A stretch of 24,787 nt of DNA from Campylobacterota bacterium (GCA_034722955.1 JAYEOM010000012.1:1-24787), one strand, 5' to 3'; positions 1-8,716 are shown, counted from the stretch's first letter. Program-made: numbers and translations. The notes: generated by a model not told the origin, from the letters alone.

Positions 1-7
1 GAAACTT

Positions 8-32
8 TAGGGTCAGGTGTCTACCCACTACT
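8..32. repeat. Left arm of 25-bp inverted repeat flanking the RAYT pseudogene
   Basis: TAGGGTCAGGTGTCTACCCACTACT; its reverse complement matches 662-686 at 23/25 positions. Confidence 0.85.
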
Positions 33-609
33 AGCCCTAAATACTTTAGAAATCATAGCAGTTGATAAATCTAAATAGCGTGCTATTTCACCTTGTGTAT
101 AGCCATCGCTTAATGCCTTGATTATAGCAGAGTTTCTTGATGCTATCTCTGTGGAGTCTACAAAATGCTTTTCAAGTGTTTTTTCTTTTGTTTGTCTGAA
201 CTCATATTCATCTTGTACTATAGGTTTTTTTTGCTGAGTTTCTAACTTTTGTTGTTCTTTTTTGTTAAGTGGTCTCTCTAATAACTCCTGTATACCTTCA
301 TAGTAATACTCTTTTTTTAGTTTAGAGTGTTTAGCACAAGAGATAACATCTTGCTCTTTATTGAGAATGGAAGCTAGTAGAGTAAAAGGATACTCTCCTA
401 TACTAGAATACATTTTAGCCTTTAGTGGGTTATGTTCTATATATCTAAAGAGAGCGTAGAGATACTCTTCATTTATGATATACCAAGACTTGCAGAGTAT
501 CTAAGAACTTCTCTTTATCTTCATCACTTTTGTAAACATTAGAGCGTGCTACACCTCTGTTTACTATATGATGAAACCCATCTAGGTCTAGTCTTGGTTT
601 TCTTGCCAT
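21..609 (-). pseudogene. REP-associated tyrosine transposase (RAYT, Y1/HUH family) pseudogene with frameshift and internal deletion; C-terminal HTH retained
   Basis: From ATG at 609 (AGGAG RBS upstream) the minus strand reads MARKPRLDLDGFHHIVNRGVARSNVYKSDEDKEKFL, a typical RAYT N-terminus, then stops. A different frame gives LCKSWYIINEEYLYALFRYIEHNPLKAK (Y-I-x-x-N-P catalytic Tyr motif) running into ORF 21-413, which ends in an HTH (YTQGEIARYLDLSTAMISKV). The central HUH segment is missing. Confidence 0.85.
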
Positions 610-661
610 GCTATACTCCTTACTTAGTTTTACTAAAAGAAGTATAGCTTATTTTAGATTA

Positions 662-686
662 AGTAGTGGGTATACACCTGACTCTA
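662..686. repeat. Right arm of 25-bp inverted repeat flanking the RAYT pseudogene
   Basis: AGTAGTGGGTATACACCTGACTCTA vs reverse complement of 8-32, AGTAGTGGGTAGACACCTGACCCTA (2 mismatches). Confidence 0.85.
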
Positions 687-737
687 TTATTTTATTATTT
701 CTATTATTTTACTATTTACTATTCATCATCCCCATAC

Positions 738-782
738 GGGGACACAGGTTTCATTCACTGCGTTCACAAAACCAATGCCCCC
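738..782. repeat. REP-like imperfect palindrome
   Basis: GGGGACACAGGTTT-cattcactgcgttcac-AAAACCAATGCCCCC is a GC-rich imperfect hairpin in AT-rich intergenic DNA next to the RAYT gene. Confidence 0.55.
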
Positions 783-902
783 TGATTGTAGCCCAAGAGT
801 ATCTCCAGTGATTGGCTTCATCTACAAAATTTCGTTAGATTGTCTATTGTAGCTTTTAGGATTAAGTGTCTATTTTGTTACTGTAGCTCTCATGCGTATC
901 TT

Positions 903-919
903 GGGGGATGGGAACGAGC
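903..919. repeat. Degenerate REP-like half element (…TGGGAACGAGC)
   Basis: GGGGGATGGGAACGAGC; its reverse complement resembles GCTTTGTTCCACGCTCCTGC at 2162-2181. Confidence 0.35.
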
Positions 920-998
920 GATAGCGTATATGATGTTAAAAAAATCAAAAAGATGCATTGTTTTTAAAAGCTTCCATATTTCCTATTGCAATAGAATA

Positions 999-1007
999 TG
1001 ATATAAT
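999..1007 (+). promoter_or_regulatory. Extended -10 sigma70 promoter element
   Basis: TGATATAAT (TGnTATAAT) upstream of the MmeI-like fragment and the 1191/1612 gene pair. Confidence 0.5.
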
Positions 1008-1064
1008 AAACCCAAAACTCCACAATACCTTTAGCCAAGAGGAGTTAGAGGAGATAATCAAATA

Positions 1065-1148
1065 TATTACAGCAATAAAACTTTCAAGAGTGATAAAGAG
1101 AGTATAGAGTTTTTATTTGAGTTGTATGAGTATTTGAATGATGGATAG
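1065..1148 (+). pseudogene. C-terminal fragment resembling an MmeI-type (Type IIL) restriction-modification enzyme
   Basis: Reads YYSNKTFKSDKESIEFLFELYEYLNDG*, matching my recollection of the MmeI-family C-terminal pattern Y-x4-F-x-S-D-x-E-R-x-E-F-L-F-E-L-Y. There is no start codon, and an in-frame stop lies at 1032-1034. Confidence 0.55.
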
Positions 1149-1190
1149 AGGCAAAATAAGCTTAATATTTTAATAAAATAAGGAGAAAAT

Positions 1191-1625
1191 ATGACACAAG
1201 AGAGAGAAGAGACTTTTAATCAATACAAAAAAAATCTTGATAAGCTGTATGAAGAGATAGCTATGTGGTCAGAACAAAATAGCTTGACAACATCTAGTGA
1301 GACAATCGAAATAAGTGTAGATGCATCTGAGAGGGCTACACTCAAAAAGCTTTTGCTCAGAGATGAAAACCAAGATACTATAGCCACTTTGATTCCTATT
1401 AGTGCGTGGGTAATAGGGGCAAAGGGTAGAATAGACTTTGTGGGTACAAACGATAAAGCTATTCTTGTCTATCTCAAAGCCAATACTCCTCAATCCTTTT
1501 TTAAAAATATTGATGATGATGCTTGGTACTGGATTGAAGACAAACGACGGGGCAAAGCCTATAAACTAGATAATGAATTTTTTAATGAACTTCTCTTGAT
1601 GGTCTCTGATTATGAGTGCAATTGA
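1191..1625 (+). CDS. Hypothetical protein (144 aa), partner of downstream HEPN protein
   Basis: AAGGAG RBS and ATG. Conserved-looking core LIPISAWVIGAKGRIDFVG. Overlaps the next gene by 14 nt. Confidence 0.8.
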   Translation: MTQEREETFNQYKKNLDKLYEEIAMWSEQNSLTTSSETIEISVDASERATLKKLLLRDENQDTIATLIPISAWVIGAKGRIDFVGTNDKAILVYLKANTPQSFFKNIDDDAWYWIEDKRRGKAYKLDNEFFNELLLMVSDYECN

Positions 1626-2145
1626 TAAATTAGAAGAGATTTGGAATACTTACCAAGTAACAAAAGATTGTTTAAAAGTGACAGAACGAAGTATTAATAA
1701 AAAACCACATCATCTAAAAATATTGAGAAGTACAGACTTTATTACCGATACTTCACACGAAGCCAACCAAAAAATTAAATTGAGTCGAGATAATGCAGAT
1801 GACTATGTGATACTAGCCCTTTGGACAGTATTTGAACGCAAGTTATTTGAAGAGGTACAGGTAGAGAGTAGAAAAAACTTTGAAGATAATGAGTTTGCTA
1901 AACGATTACAAGAGGAGTGTGAAAACAAAGTCGAATATTGGAAGTTTGATGAGATTTTAGATATTTACAAATCATTTATAGATACTCAACTGATAGGTAC
2001 AGCAAAAAATATCAAAAAGTATCGAGATTGGGTTGTACACAAAAATCCTAATAAACAACAACCCGATAACATCACACCAACTTTGGCATACAATACACTC
2101 TATGAAATGCTTGAAAGATTAGAAAACTATAGAAGTCAATTTTAG
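1612..2145 (+). CDS. HEPN-domain protein, putative RNase (177 aa)
   Basis: All-helical pattern with N-terminal ILALWTVFE and C-terminal Rx4H motif KYRDWVVHKNP. Confidence 0.7.
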   Translation: MSAIDKLEEIWNTYQVTKDCLKVTERSINKKPHHLKILRSTDFITDTSHEANQKIKLSRDNADDYVILALWTVFERKLFEEVQVESRKNFEDNEFAKRLQEECENKVEYWKFDEILDIYKSFIDTQLIGTAKNIKKYRDWVVHKNPNKQQPDNITPTLAYNTLYEMLERLENYRSQF

Positions 2146-2161
2146 AGATTAGCAAAAGTGA

Positions 2162-2181
2162 GCTTTGTTCCACGCTCCTGC
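2162..2181. repeat. Degenerate REP-like half element (GTTCCACGCTCCTGC)
   Basis: GC-rich patch just after the HEPN stop codon, resembling GTTCCCACGCTCC-type REP arms; inverted relative to 903-919. Confidence 0.35.
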
Positions 2182-2299
2182 CGCTTAATCTTAACTTAAC
2201 TTAAGTACCGTGTATTGAATTTCTACTTTTGTAACTTTCTAAAACAATTTTAAACAAAAAGGGTCTGGCAACAACTACAACTTATTCTCTTGCTGTAGC

Positions 2300-4066
2300 T
2301 TAAAACTCAACAAAAAATCCATTTTCTTTGAGAATCTTTGTGAGTTTTGGTAACTCTTTTCTAGAGACTATGATACGGTATCCTGATGCTTTAGTGACTA
2401 GCTCTTGGAGTTTTTTGTTATTCATAAATATATTGAGCAGAGCTTTGTTATTTTCTAGTTCTATGACGACTTGTGAGGGTTCTCTTTTTAGGAGGTTTGA
2501 TTTGGCATATATCTCATCAAAGTAGTTATCAAACAGCACAGGTACAGGCTTGTCAAAGAGCGTGTAGAACTTGTCTATCTTGGCTTCTAGTATTTTATTG
2601 CTCTCGCAACCTTTAAATATTTTGCTATAGCTCAATATATATCGATTGCTATCATACTTATCTGTGTAGGGTTCGAGCTTGGCTAACATAATAGCATCAT
2701 TATTTTGTATAGTAATGATAGGTTTGTACTCATCAAATTTGACGGTAGAAGCTTTCTCTGCTATCTTGGGTGCAGTATATCTCTCTTCAAAATCAAAGAT
2801 ATATCTCCCAAGAGCAGTGAGCTTGACATATCTGAGTCCATCCCATACAGAGATATAGGGTTTTCCTTTGGCTGTGATACTATTGGGCAAAATACTACTG
2901 AGTGAAAGAGGGTCGTTATATTTGAGCTCTACGATGCCCAATGCTCCTAGATAAAAAAACATCCCTTTTAGCATAGGTTCAAAAATAATAGCATTATAGT
3001 TTTTATCCTCTGCAAAGAGCCTATCATCATGGACTCTTTGAGGGTCTACATCCATATAGTAGCGTTCTGTTGCATAAGATGACTCAAGATCTATACGAAA
3101 ATCCCTATAGTTACAGTAGTTAATAATATTATCAAAATCTACCCAACCCTTTTTTGGTATTTTCTCAATAACTATTTTGACAATATCAAAGAGCTCTAAC
3201 TGTTCGTCACTATATTTACCAAACTTCACCTTGCGGATATGACTCAGAAAAACTCGCGATATTGTATAGCTAAAGATATCATTGAGCTGTAGAGTAATAA
3301 AAGTTTTGAGCGTCTCTAGTGGTGTTTTTTTAAATCTTTGCTTCTCCCAATAATAGAAAGAAAAACTACGAGTCAACATATCCATAGCCAAGGAGTCCAT
3401 CTTTTTGGTAGGGAAAAACTCTTGATTGGAAGTAGTAGATTTAAGTATATTGAGACTTTTTGCGAGGGGTTTCTCTCCTGTTTTGCCAAATGCTATGAGG
3501 TTGGTCTTGAGCATCTCTTCGATAGTTGTTATTATACTTAGAATATTTGATTCATTACTGTAGGTGTAAGTTGTATCATCTATTTGATGAGCCTCTCTCA
3601 ACTCATAATCATCAGGCAGAGGATGGATAAGTTTGAGAATAGGTCGGATTCTCTGGTGAATATAGATACTATCTTCATTCCAATAACTGTATTTGTAAAT
3701 CAAGCTTAAATGACCATTGAATTTCTCTTCACTATAATCAACACGCGTTGTATTGTTAGAGTTTAGACCAAATTTATCTTCTCCCTCCTCTACGCTCATC
3801 TCTTTTTGTTTCCACAGGAGTCTATAGTAGAGCTCTTTAGATTGGGGTGTTGTAGTGAGTTGGTGATAAAACTTTGTTTTATACTCCTCATCTTTGATAA
3901 GTTTTGAGAGCAATTCGATCATCTGTCTCTTATTTTTTCTAGGCTGTGGATATTTTTTTTGGTCTATGAGTCCCTTTTGGTAACCAGTGATTGCCTTTAG
4001 TTGCAGCATAGTCGCACCATTTATGATATCAAACAACTCTTTGTCAGAGACTTGCATCCACTTCAC
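2300..4066 (-). CDS. Helicase-associated domain protein (XPB-associated Helicase_C_3/p52-like C-terminus), paralog 2, 588 aa
   Basis: Long ORF. GTG start overlaps the upstream TGA. Motifs YLGALGIVEL and YVKLTALGRYI; C-terminal VVIELENNKALL…RIIVSRKELPKLTKILKENG is similar to the upstream gene. Confidence 0.75.
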   Translation of the reverse strand: MKWMQVSDKELFDIINGATMLQLKAITGYQKGLIDQKKYPQPRKNKRQMIELLSKLIKDEEYKTKFYHQLTTTPQSKELYYRLLWKQKEMSVEEGEDKFGLNSNNTTRVDYSEEKFNGHLSLIYKYSYWNEDSIYIHQRIRPILKLIHPLPDDYELREAHQIDDTTYTYSNESNILSIITTIEEMLKTNLIAFGKTGEKPLAKSLNILKSTTSNQEFFPTKKMDSLAMDMLTRSFSFYYWEKQRFKKTPLETLKTFITLQLNDIFSYTISRVFLSHIRKVKFGKYSDEQLELFDIVKIVIEKIPKKGWVDFDNIINYCNYRDFRIDLESSYATERYYMDVDPQRVHDDRLFAEDKNYNAIIFEPMLKGMFFYLGALGIVELKYNDPLSLSSILPNSITAKGKPYISVWDGLRYVKLTALGRYIFDFEERYTAPKIAEKASTVKFDEYKPIITIQNNDAIMLAKLEPYTDKYDSNRYILSYSKIFKGCESNKILEAKIDKFYTLFDKPVPVLFDNYFDEIYAKSNLLKREPSQVVIELENNKALLNIFMNNKKLQELVTKASGYRIIVSRKELPKLTKILKENGFFVEF

Positions 4067-5823
4067 ACTATCGCTCCATGCTCTTTCAATACCTTTTTGA
4101 CATAAGTCAAATCATCCTTGAGAACCACTATATGGAGTTTGTCTGCTTTGAGTATCTTCTCTTGGAGTTTTGGGTGTGAGGCGATGATACCCTGTATCTC
4201 TTTGGGGTTTTTGATCTCTATGAGTATAGCAGAACGGCTCACGATAGTGATAGAGTCTATGCGTCTCTCTATAGTGTCAAAGAGCCTCTGCCAATTCTCA
4301 GGAACACTCTCGCATTTGGAGAGAAGCTCCTCTTTGAGGATATGGAAGCTTTGAGCTGTATCTACAATATTCATGAGCTTCTTGAGTGTGGTTTGGTATT
4401 TGTGTTCTGTAATCTGCGTCGCCATAGGGGAGAGGAGGAGTTCAGAGCGACTACTTGGATTGTCTACTGTGATCTCGAAGGCATAGGGGTTGAGTTTTAG
4501 AGTGAAGTTGCTCTCCTCTGCAAAGCTCTTCTCTAGCCCAAGTACAAAGCGACCCAACTTGGTTAACTTGATATACTCTATATTGATAAATGGTCTGTTA
4601 TAATAGCCATCAGATCGTTTTAACTCGTCTGCTATAAAGCTCTCTTTGGCTGTAGTCGCAAGAGTGAAGAGCCCGAAATTAGAGGCGATACCGACAAAGC
4701 TCTTGATAAAGTATCGTACAACCATCTTGAGGTCTTTGAGCTGGTTGTACCCATCGCGTCGACGGCGATAATCGTGCTCAAAGTTGTAACAGTAGGGGTA
4801 GCCATTGCTGATCTGTGTGATCACTTTATTGGTGAGTGGTATCTCCTCAGTGAAAAAGTCTATACTTATCCACTCATCGCTATTGAGATTGGCTATGGTC
4901 TCCAAGAGAGTTTTTCTAAATTTCGCAACATCTTTTCCTGAAGTTGCGTCAATATCAAATATAACAAAATTAAACTCTTGTTGCATCTTATGTGCGACAT
5001 ATTTGTCAAAGAGTGCCTGGATGAGTTTGCCATCATCTCTCATAATCACACTATCAAATGCTTTGGTGGGGAGTTTGAGCTGCGGCTTAGTAAGATATTG
5101 GATATCCAAAAGAAAATTGATCAACCAAATATAGTAGTGGGGATCCGCAGAGATACTCTCCTCTATGAATCTTCTACTACGGACGGTAAGTGTTCCTTTT
5201 TGAGTGATTTTGAGTTTGGAGTCTTTGGCAAGACGATAGAAAAAGCGTACAATAGAGACGATATCTTGAGGCTCCTCTACGATGAGCTTTTGCGAAAGAG
5301 GCATGAAGTCACCATCTACTTTGTGAATCTTGATACTGTTGATATCTTTGGTAGTGTCTGGGTGCTTGGCTGGTATAGGGGGTGTCTCTTTCTTGTTAGG
5401 GATTAGAGTATCATCTCCCAAAAATCTGAAAAAGTAGTATCTCAAGACCTCATCCATCTCATTTTGGTCTATGAAAAGTTCAAGCCACCAGACATAGATC
5501 ATCTGAGGACCTCTAGTCATAGAGACGATATCAAACTTAAACTTCTTCTTCACGGCAGCTCGTAGATTTCCCCCCCTATGGTTGACTATATACTTGAGTA
5601 TTTTTTGCTCTCTAGGTGTGAGCTTGCTATAGAAATGCTCCAAATACCCCTCGGATACAATCGTATCGGGGATGATATTTGTCGCTAGCTCTCTCTTTGT
5701 GGCACCAAAAAAGAAATTGATATCATACTTACTGCATAGGGTTTTGAGTGCACCCTCACTGAGCAGTATATACTTTTTATACACTATCTCTATAGACTCA
5801 TCCTCTTCATAAAACATATCCAT
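4063..5823 (-). CDS. Helicase-associated domain protein (XPB-associated Helicase_C_3/p52-like C-terminus), paralog 1, 586 aa
   Basis: Long ORF 4 nt downstream of the SNF2 stop. Motifs LKITQKGTLTVRS and YIKLTKLGRFVLG; C-terminal AILIEIKNP…LHIVVLKDDLTYVKKVLKEHG. Confidence 0.75.
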   Translation of the reverse strand: MDMFYEEDESIEIVYKKYILLSEGALKTLCSKYDINFFFGATKRELATNIIPDTIVSEGYLEHFYSKLTPREQKILKYIVNHRGGNLRAAVKKKFKFDIVSMTRGPQMIYVWWLELFIDQNEMDEVLRYYFFRFLGDDTLIPNKKETPPIPAKHPDTTKDINSIKIHKVDGDFMPLSQKLIVEEPQDIVSIVRFFYRLAKDSKLKITQKGTLTVRSRRFIEESISADPHYYIWLINFLLDIQYLTKPQLKLPTKAFDSVIMRDDGKLIQALFDKYVAHKMQQEFNFVIFDIDATSGKDVAKFRKTLLETIANLNSDEWISIDFFTEEIPLTNKVITQISNGYPYCYNFEHDYRRRRDGYNQLKDLKMVVRYFIKSFVGIASNFGLFTLATTAKESFIADELKRSDGYYNRPFINIEYIKLTKLGRFVLGLEKSFAEESNFTLKLNPYAFEITVDNPSSRSELLLSPMATQITEHKYQTTLKKLMNIVDTAQSFHILKEELLSKCESVPENWQRLFDTIERRIDSITIVSRSAILIEIKNPKEIQGIIASHPKLQEKILKADKLHIVVLKDDLTYVKKVLKEHGAIV

Positions 5824-5827
5824 ACCT

Positions 5828-8587
5828 CTACCCCAATATATAATCTAAATCAGAAGCAGTCAACTGCTTGAGTCCACCCTCATCACCACTGATGATCATA
5901 TCGGTCATATCCTGTTTTTGTCCTTGTAGCTCTAGTATCTTCTCCTCTATCGTATCTTTGGTGATCATCTTGTAGCTGAAGACTTTGTTTTTCTGTCCCA
6001 TTCGGTGGGCTCTATCTACAGCTTGATTCTCTGCCGCCCTGTTCCACCACGGATCAAAGATAAAGACATAATCCGCCTCTGTGAGGTTCAACCCTACACC
6101 GCCGACCTTGAGTGTCATGAGAAAGAGTTTGATCTTTTTGTCATTTTGGAACTTGTCGACTAGCTCTTGTCTGTTGCGTGTGCTTCCTGTCATCAGGAGA
6201 TGATCATACCCTAGCTCATCAGCTTTGGCGGAGATGAGGTCGAGTGAGCCTAAATAGTTGGCAAAGAGCAGGACTTTGTGACCATTGAGGATGATATCAC
6301 TTAGCATCTCAAAGAGATTATCTATCTTAGAAGAAGCGATATGGTTCTCCGACTTGAGTTCTGGAGCAGAGGCTATCTGTCGCAAGTCATTGAATGCTTG
6401 GAGTATCACAAAACGAGAATTTTGGATACCATTGGCTGCTATCTGTTGGTCGAGCAGCTGCTTGTAGTAGTCTCGCTTCTCATTGTAGAACTTCTTGTGT
6501 GGCTCCTCCATATCGACATAGACCACTTGCTCCTGTTTGTCGGGCAAGTCTTTGAGTACATCTTGCTTGAGTCGTCGCAGGAGGAACGGAGTGATCTTCG
6601 CTTTGAGTAGATGAGCGACCTCTTCGTCGGCTTCGGCTTGTATCGGGATAGCAAAATCTCGCTTGAAGTCAGCTACTCCAGAGAAGATCCCCTCATTGAG
6701 AAATCGAAAGAGAGAAAATAGCTCAAAGAGTGAATTCTCTATAGGTGTACCACTCAGTGCAAACTTATGTTTGCCATTGAGCAGCATCACTGCTTTGGAT
6801 ATCTTCGATTCGATATTTTTAACATTTTGTGACTCATCGAGGATGATGGTATCAAATTTCATCTCTCTTAGCTTCTCTATATCGTTTCTCACTATAGCAT
6901 AAGAGGTGAGTACGATATGGTGTTTTTGTATCTCCTCTACATCTCTCTCGTTCCCATAGTAGAGGTAGTAGGAGAGTTCAGGGTTAAATCTACTCAGCTC
7001 ATTTTGCCAATTGCTCAGCAGACTTCGAGGCATCACGATGAGTGAGGGGGTCTTGGTCTTTGGGTAGATAGTCGAGAGGAGTGTGATAGCTTGGAGGGTT
7101 TTTCCTAGCCCCATATCATCAGCTAGACAACCACCGAAGCCATTGTCATAGAGATACTTGAGCCATCTCGCTCCCTCTTTTTGGTAGTCTCTGAGGGTTA
7201 CATCTGCCAATTTCGGTAGTCTTGTTCTTGAAGATTTGAGCTTGTTGAATCCCTCATAGAACTTCCTGCTATCTTTGAAGACTCTCTGCTCTTTTTGGGC
7301 GATGAGCTCCTCTATCTCAGGGAGGTCAAAAAAGGAGACTTTGATTTTATCTTTGCCTTGTTTTTTAAATATCCGCTCTAGTCGTGAGATATAGGATTTG
7401 TCTACTATGGATTTGTCACCATTGGAGAGTGGGATATAGGAGTGTTTTTTGTAGAGGTTGACCATATCGAAGATATCGAAGCTATCATCACCGATAGTCA
7501 CACTCACATCTCCTGCATCCAAAAAGTCTATCTTATCTTTGAATGCGATGTTGAGTGATGGCGGATTGGTGTTATATTTATAAGCTTTGAGTTTCTCACT
7601 CCCAAAGAGTTCACACTTGGCGATGATAGTATGGAGGTGACTGAGGATAAACTCTGTCGCTATCTCCTCTTCGATGACAAACAATCCATCCTCTTCACTG
7701 AAACTGGCATTTTTGTTTTTTCTGTTCAGTGCTGTGAGGTTTTTAAATATCATCCCATAGACTTCAAAGACTTCAGAGAAGTCACACTCATGCAGAGAGA
7801 TGCTCTTCTCTAGCTCATTGATAAGTACGATTTTAGTGATATTGAAGTCATTGAAAAACTCTGGCGAGAGCTTACCTACGGTCGCAGAGGTGCGGAGTAT
7901 CAGCTCATTTTCTGCTGTGATCTTCTCAAATATTACGGCTGGCTTAATGATTTTAAGCTCCTCTTTTTGTTCGACACTGTAGTGGTCATAGTCTATGACG
8001 ATATTTTCAAAGTGAGTAGTAAGGATAGTGAGTAGCTCTTCGAGTTTGTTTGGCTCTATGGTGGTGTTGAAGTTTTTGAGTTGCCTGTAGTGATCTCCTA
8101 CGAAGTGTACCTGCTGAATGGACTCTCCTGCCAAGATATAGCTTGGAGTCAAAAACTTAAACTCACTCTCTCCACCGACCATAGAGGTTACTACAAGTTT
8201 GTCTGCTACACTCTGCGTATCTACATAGATGGCTACATCACGAATCCCATCAGCAAAAGAGAGCCCTTTGCCCTCCTCTGTGATGAGTTTGTCGCTTTGA
8301 CGAAGCAGTTCGAGCAGTCTAGGGTGTTTGTCGAGATAGACCTGTTCCCCCTCATCCTCCCAAGAAATCTCAAAAAAAGCCTCCTGCTTGCACTGGTCAA
8401 GAAGCTGGAGTATCTCTCTATCTAGTCCGCTATAGACACGATAATCTACTCCAGTAAGTAGTTTGAGCTTGTTGTCACACAACTCCAGATAAGCCCCATG
8501 ATTATCAAATTTTAACAGATAATGAAAGCTCCTCTTCTCTTTTGCACGGGTCAAAAAACTTTTATCTTGTTTGAAAATATCTAGCAT
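5828..8587 (-). CDS. SNF2/SWI2-family SF2 ATPase (DNA translocase), ~919 aa
   Basis: LRDYQKEG (Q motif), LADDMGLGKT (Walker A), ILDESQNVKN (Walker B), ALSGTPIEN, and FDPWWNRAAENQAVDRAHRMGQ (motif VI). Start moved from 8668 to ATG 8587 (MLDIF) because of a GAGGA RBS and an upstream extended -10. Confidence 0.93.
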   Translation of the reverse strand: MLDIFKQDKSFLTRAKEKRSFHYLLKFDNHGAYLELCDNKLKLLTGVDYRVYSGLDREILQLLDQCKQEAFFEISWEDEGEQVYLDKHPRLLELLRQSDKLITEEGKGLSFADGIRDVAIYVDTQSVADKLVVTSMVGGESEFKFLTPSYILAGESIQQVHFVGDHYRQLKNFNTTIEPNKLEELLTILTTHFENIVIDYDHYSVEQKEELKIIKPAVIFEKITAENELILRTSATVGKLSPEFFNDFNITKIVLINELEKSISLHECDFSEVFEVYGMIFKNLTALNRKNKNASFSEEDGLFVIEEEIATEFILSHLHTIIAKCELFGSEKLKAYKYNTNPPSLNIAFKDKIDFLDAGDVSVTIGDDSFDIFDMVNLYKKHSYIPLSNGDKSIVDKSYISRLERIFKKQGKDKIKVSFFDLPEIEELIAQKEQRVFKDSRKFYEGFNKLKSSRTRLPKLADVTLRDYQKEGARWLKYLYDNGFGGCLADDMGLGKTLQAITLLSTIYPKTKTPSLIVMPRSLLSNWQNELSRFNPELSYYLYYGNERDVEEIQKHHIVLTSYAIVRNDIEKLREMKFDTIILDESQNVKNIESKISKAVMLLNGKHKFALSGTPIENSLFELFSLFRFLNEGIFSGVADFKRDFAIPIQAEADEEVAHLLKAKITPFLLRRLKQDVLKDLPDKQEQVVYVDMEEPHKKFYNEKRDYYKQLLDQQIAANGIQNSRFVILQAFNDLRQIASAPELKSENHIASSKIDNLFEMLSDIILNGHKVLLFANYLGSLDLISAKADELGYDHLLMTGSTRNRQELVDKFQNDKKIKLFLMTLKVGGVGLNLTEADYVFIFDPWWNRAAENQAVDRAHRMGQKNKVFSYKMITKDTIEEKILELQGQKQDMTDMIISGDEGGLKQLTASDLDYILG

Positions 8588-8612
8588 GAAGTTCCTCATT
8601 TTGTTTATTGAT

Positions 8613-8621
8613 ATTTTAGCA
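8613..8621 (-). promoter_or_regulatory. Extended -10 for the SNF2 operon
   Basis: Minus strand TGCTAAAAT (TGnTAAAAT), about 26 nt upstream of ATG 8587. Confidence 0.5.
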
Positions 8622-8716
8622 CCTATACCTAAAATTTGATTGTTAGTGAATGATATATGAAGAGGCATGGCAAGAAATGAGCAATAATTTTTAGATTTTT
8701 GGATTCAATGCAAGAG

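Noticed and set aside
608..811. 67-aa plus-strand ORF
   Set aside because: Runs across the RAYT promoter, inverted repeat and REP-like hairpin; low complexity, no RBS.
2184..2205. CTTAA short repeats in the convergent intergenic region
   Set aside because: Too short and AT-rich to distinguish from chance; no clear terminator stem with a U-tract.
2328..8425. Numerous short plus-strand ORFs opposite the SNF2 operon
   Set aside because: Antisense shadows of long coding genes, with no motifs.
5828..8587. SNF2 as part of DISARM or Zorya, or as RapA
   Set aside because: No drmABC/methylase or zorAB genes nearby; motif style and N-terminus do not suggest RapA.
8588..8668. 27-aa N-terminal extension of SNF2 in the ORF track
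   Set aside because: RBS and extended -10 lie within it, favouring ATG 8587.
8667..8687. ATGGCAAGAAA, identical to the first 11 nt of the RAYT gene
   Set aside because: Frame closes after 6 codons (MARNEQ*) and the similarity does not extend; likely chance.
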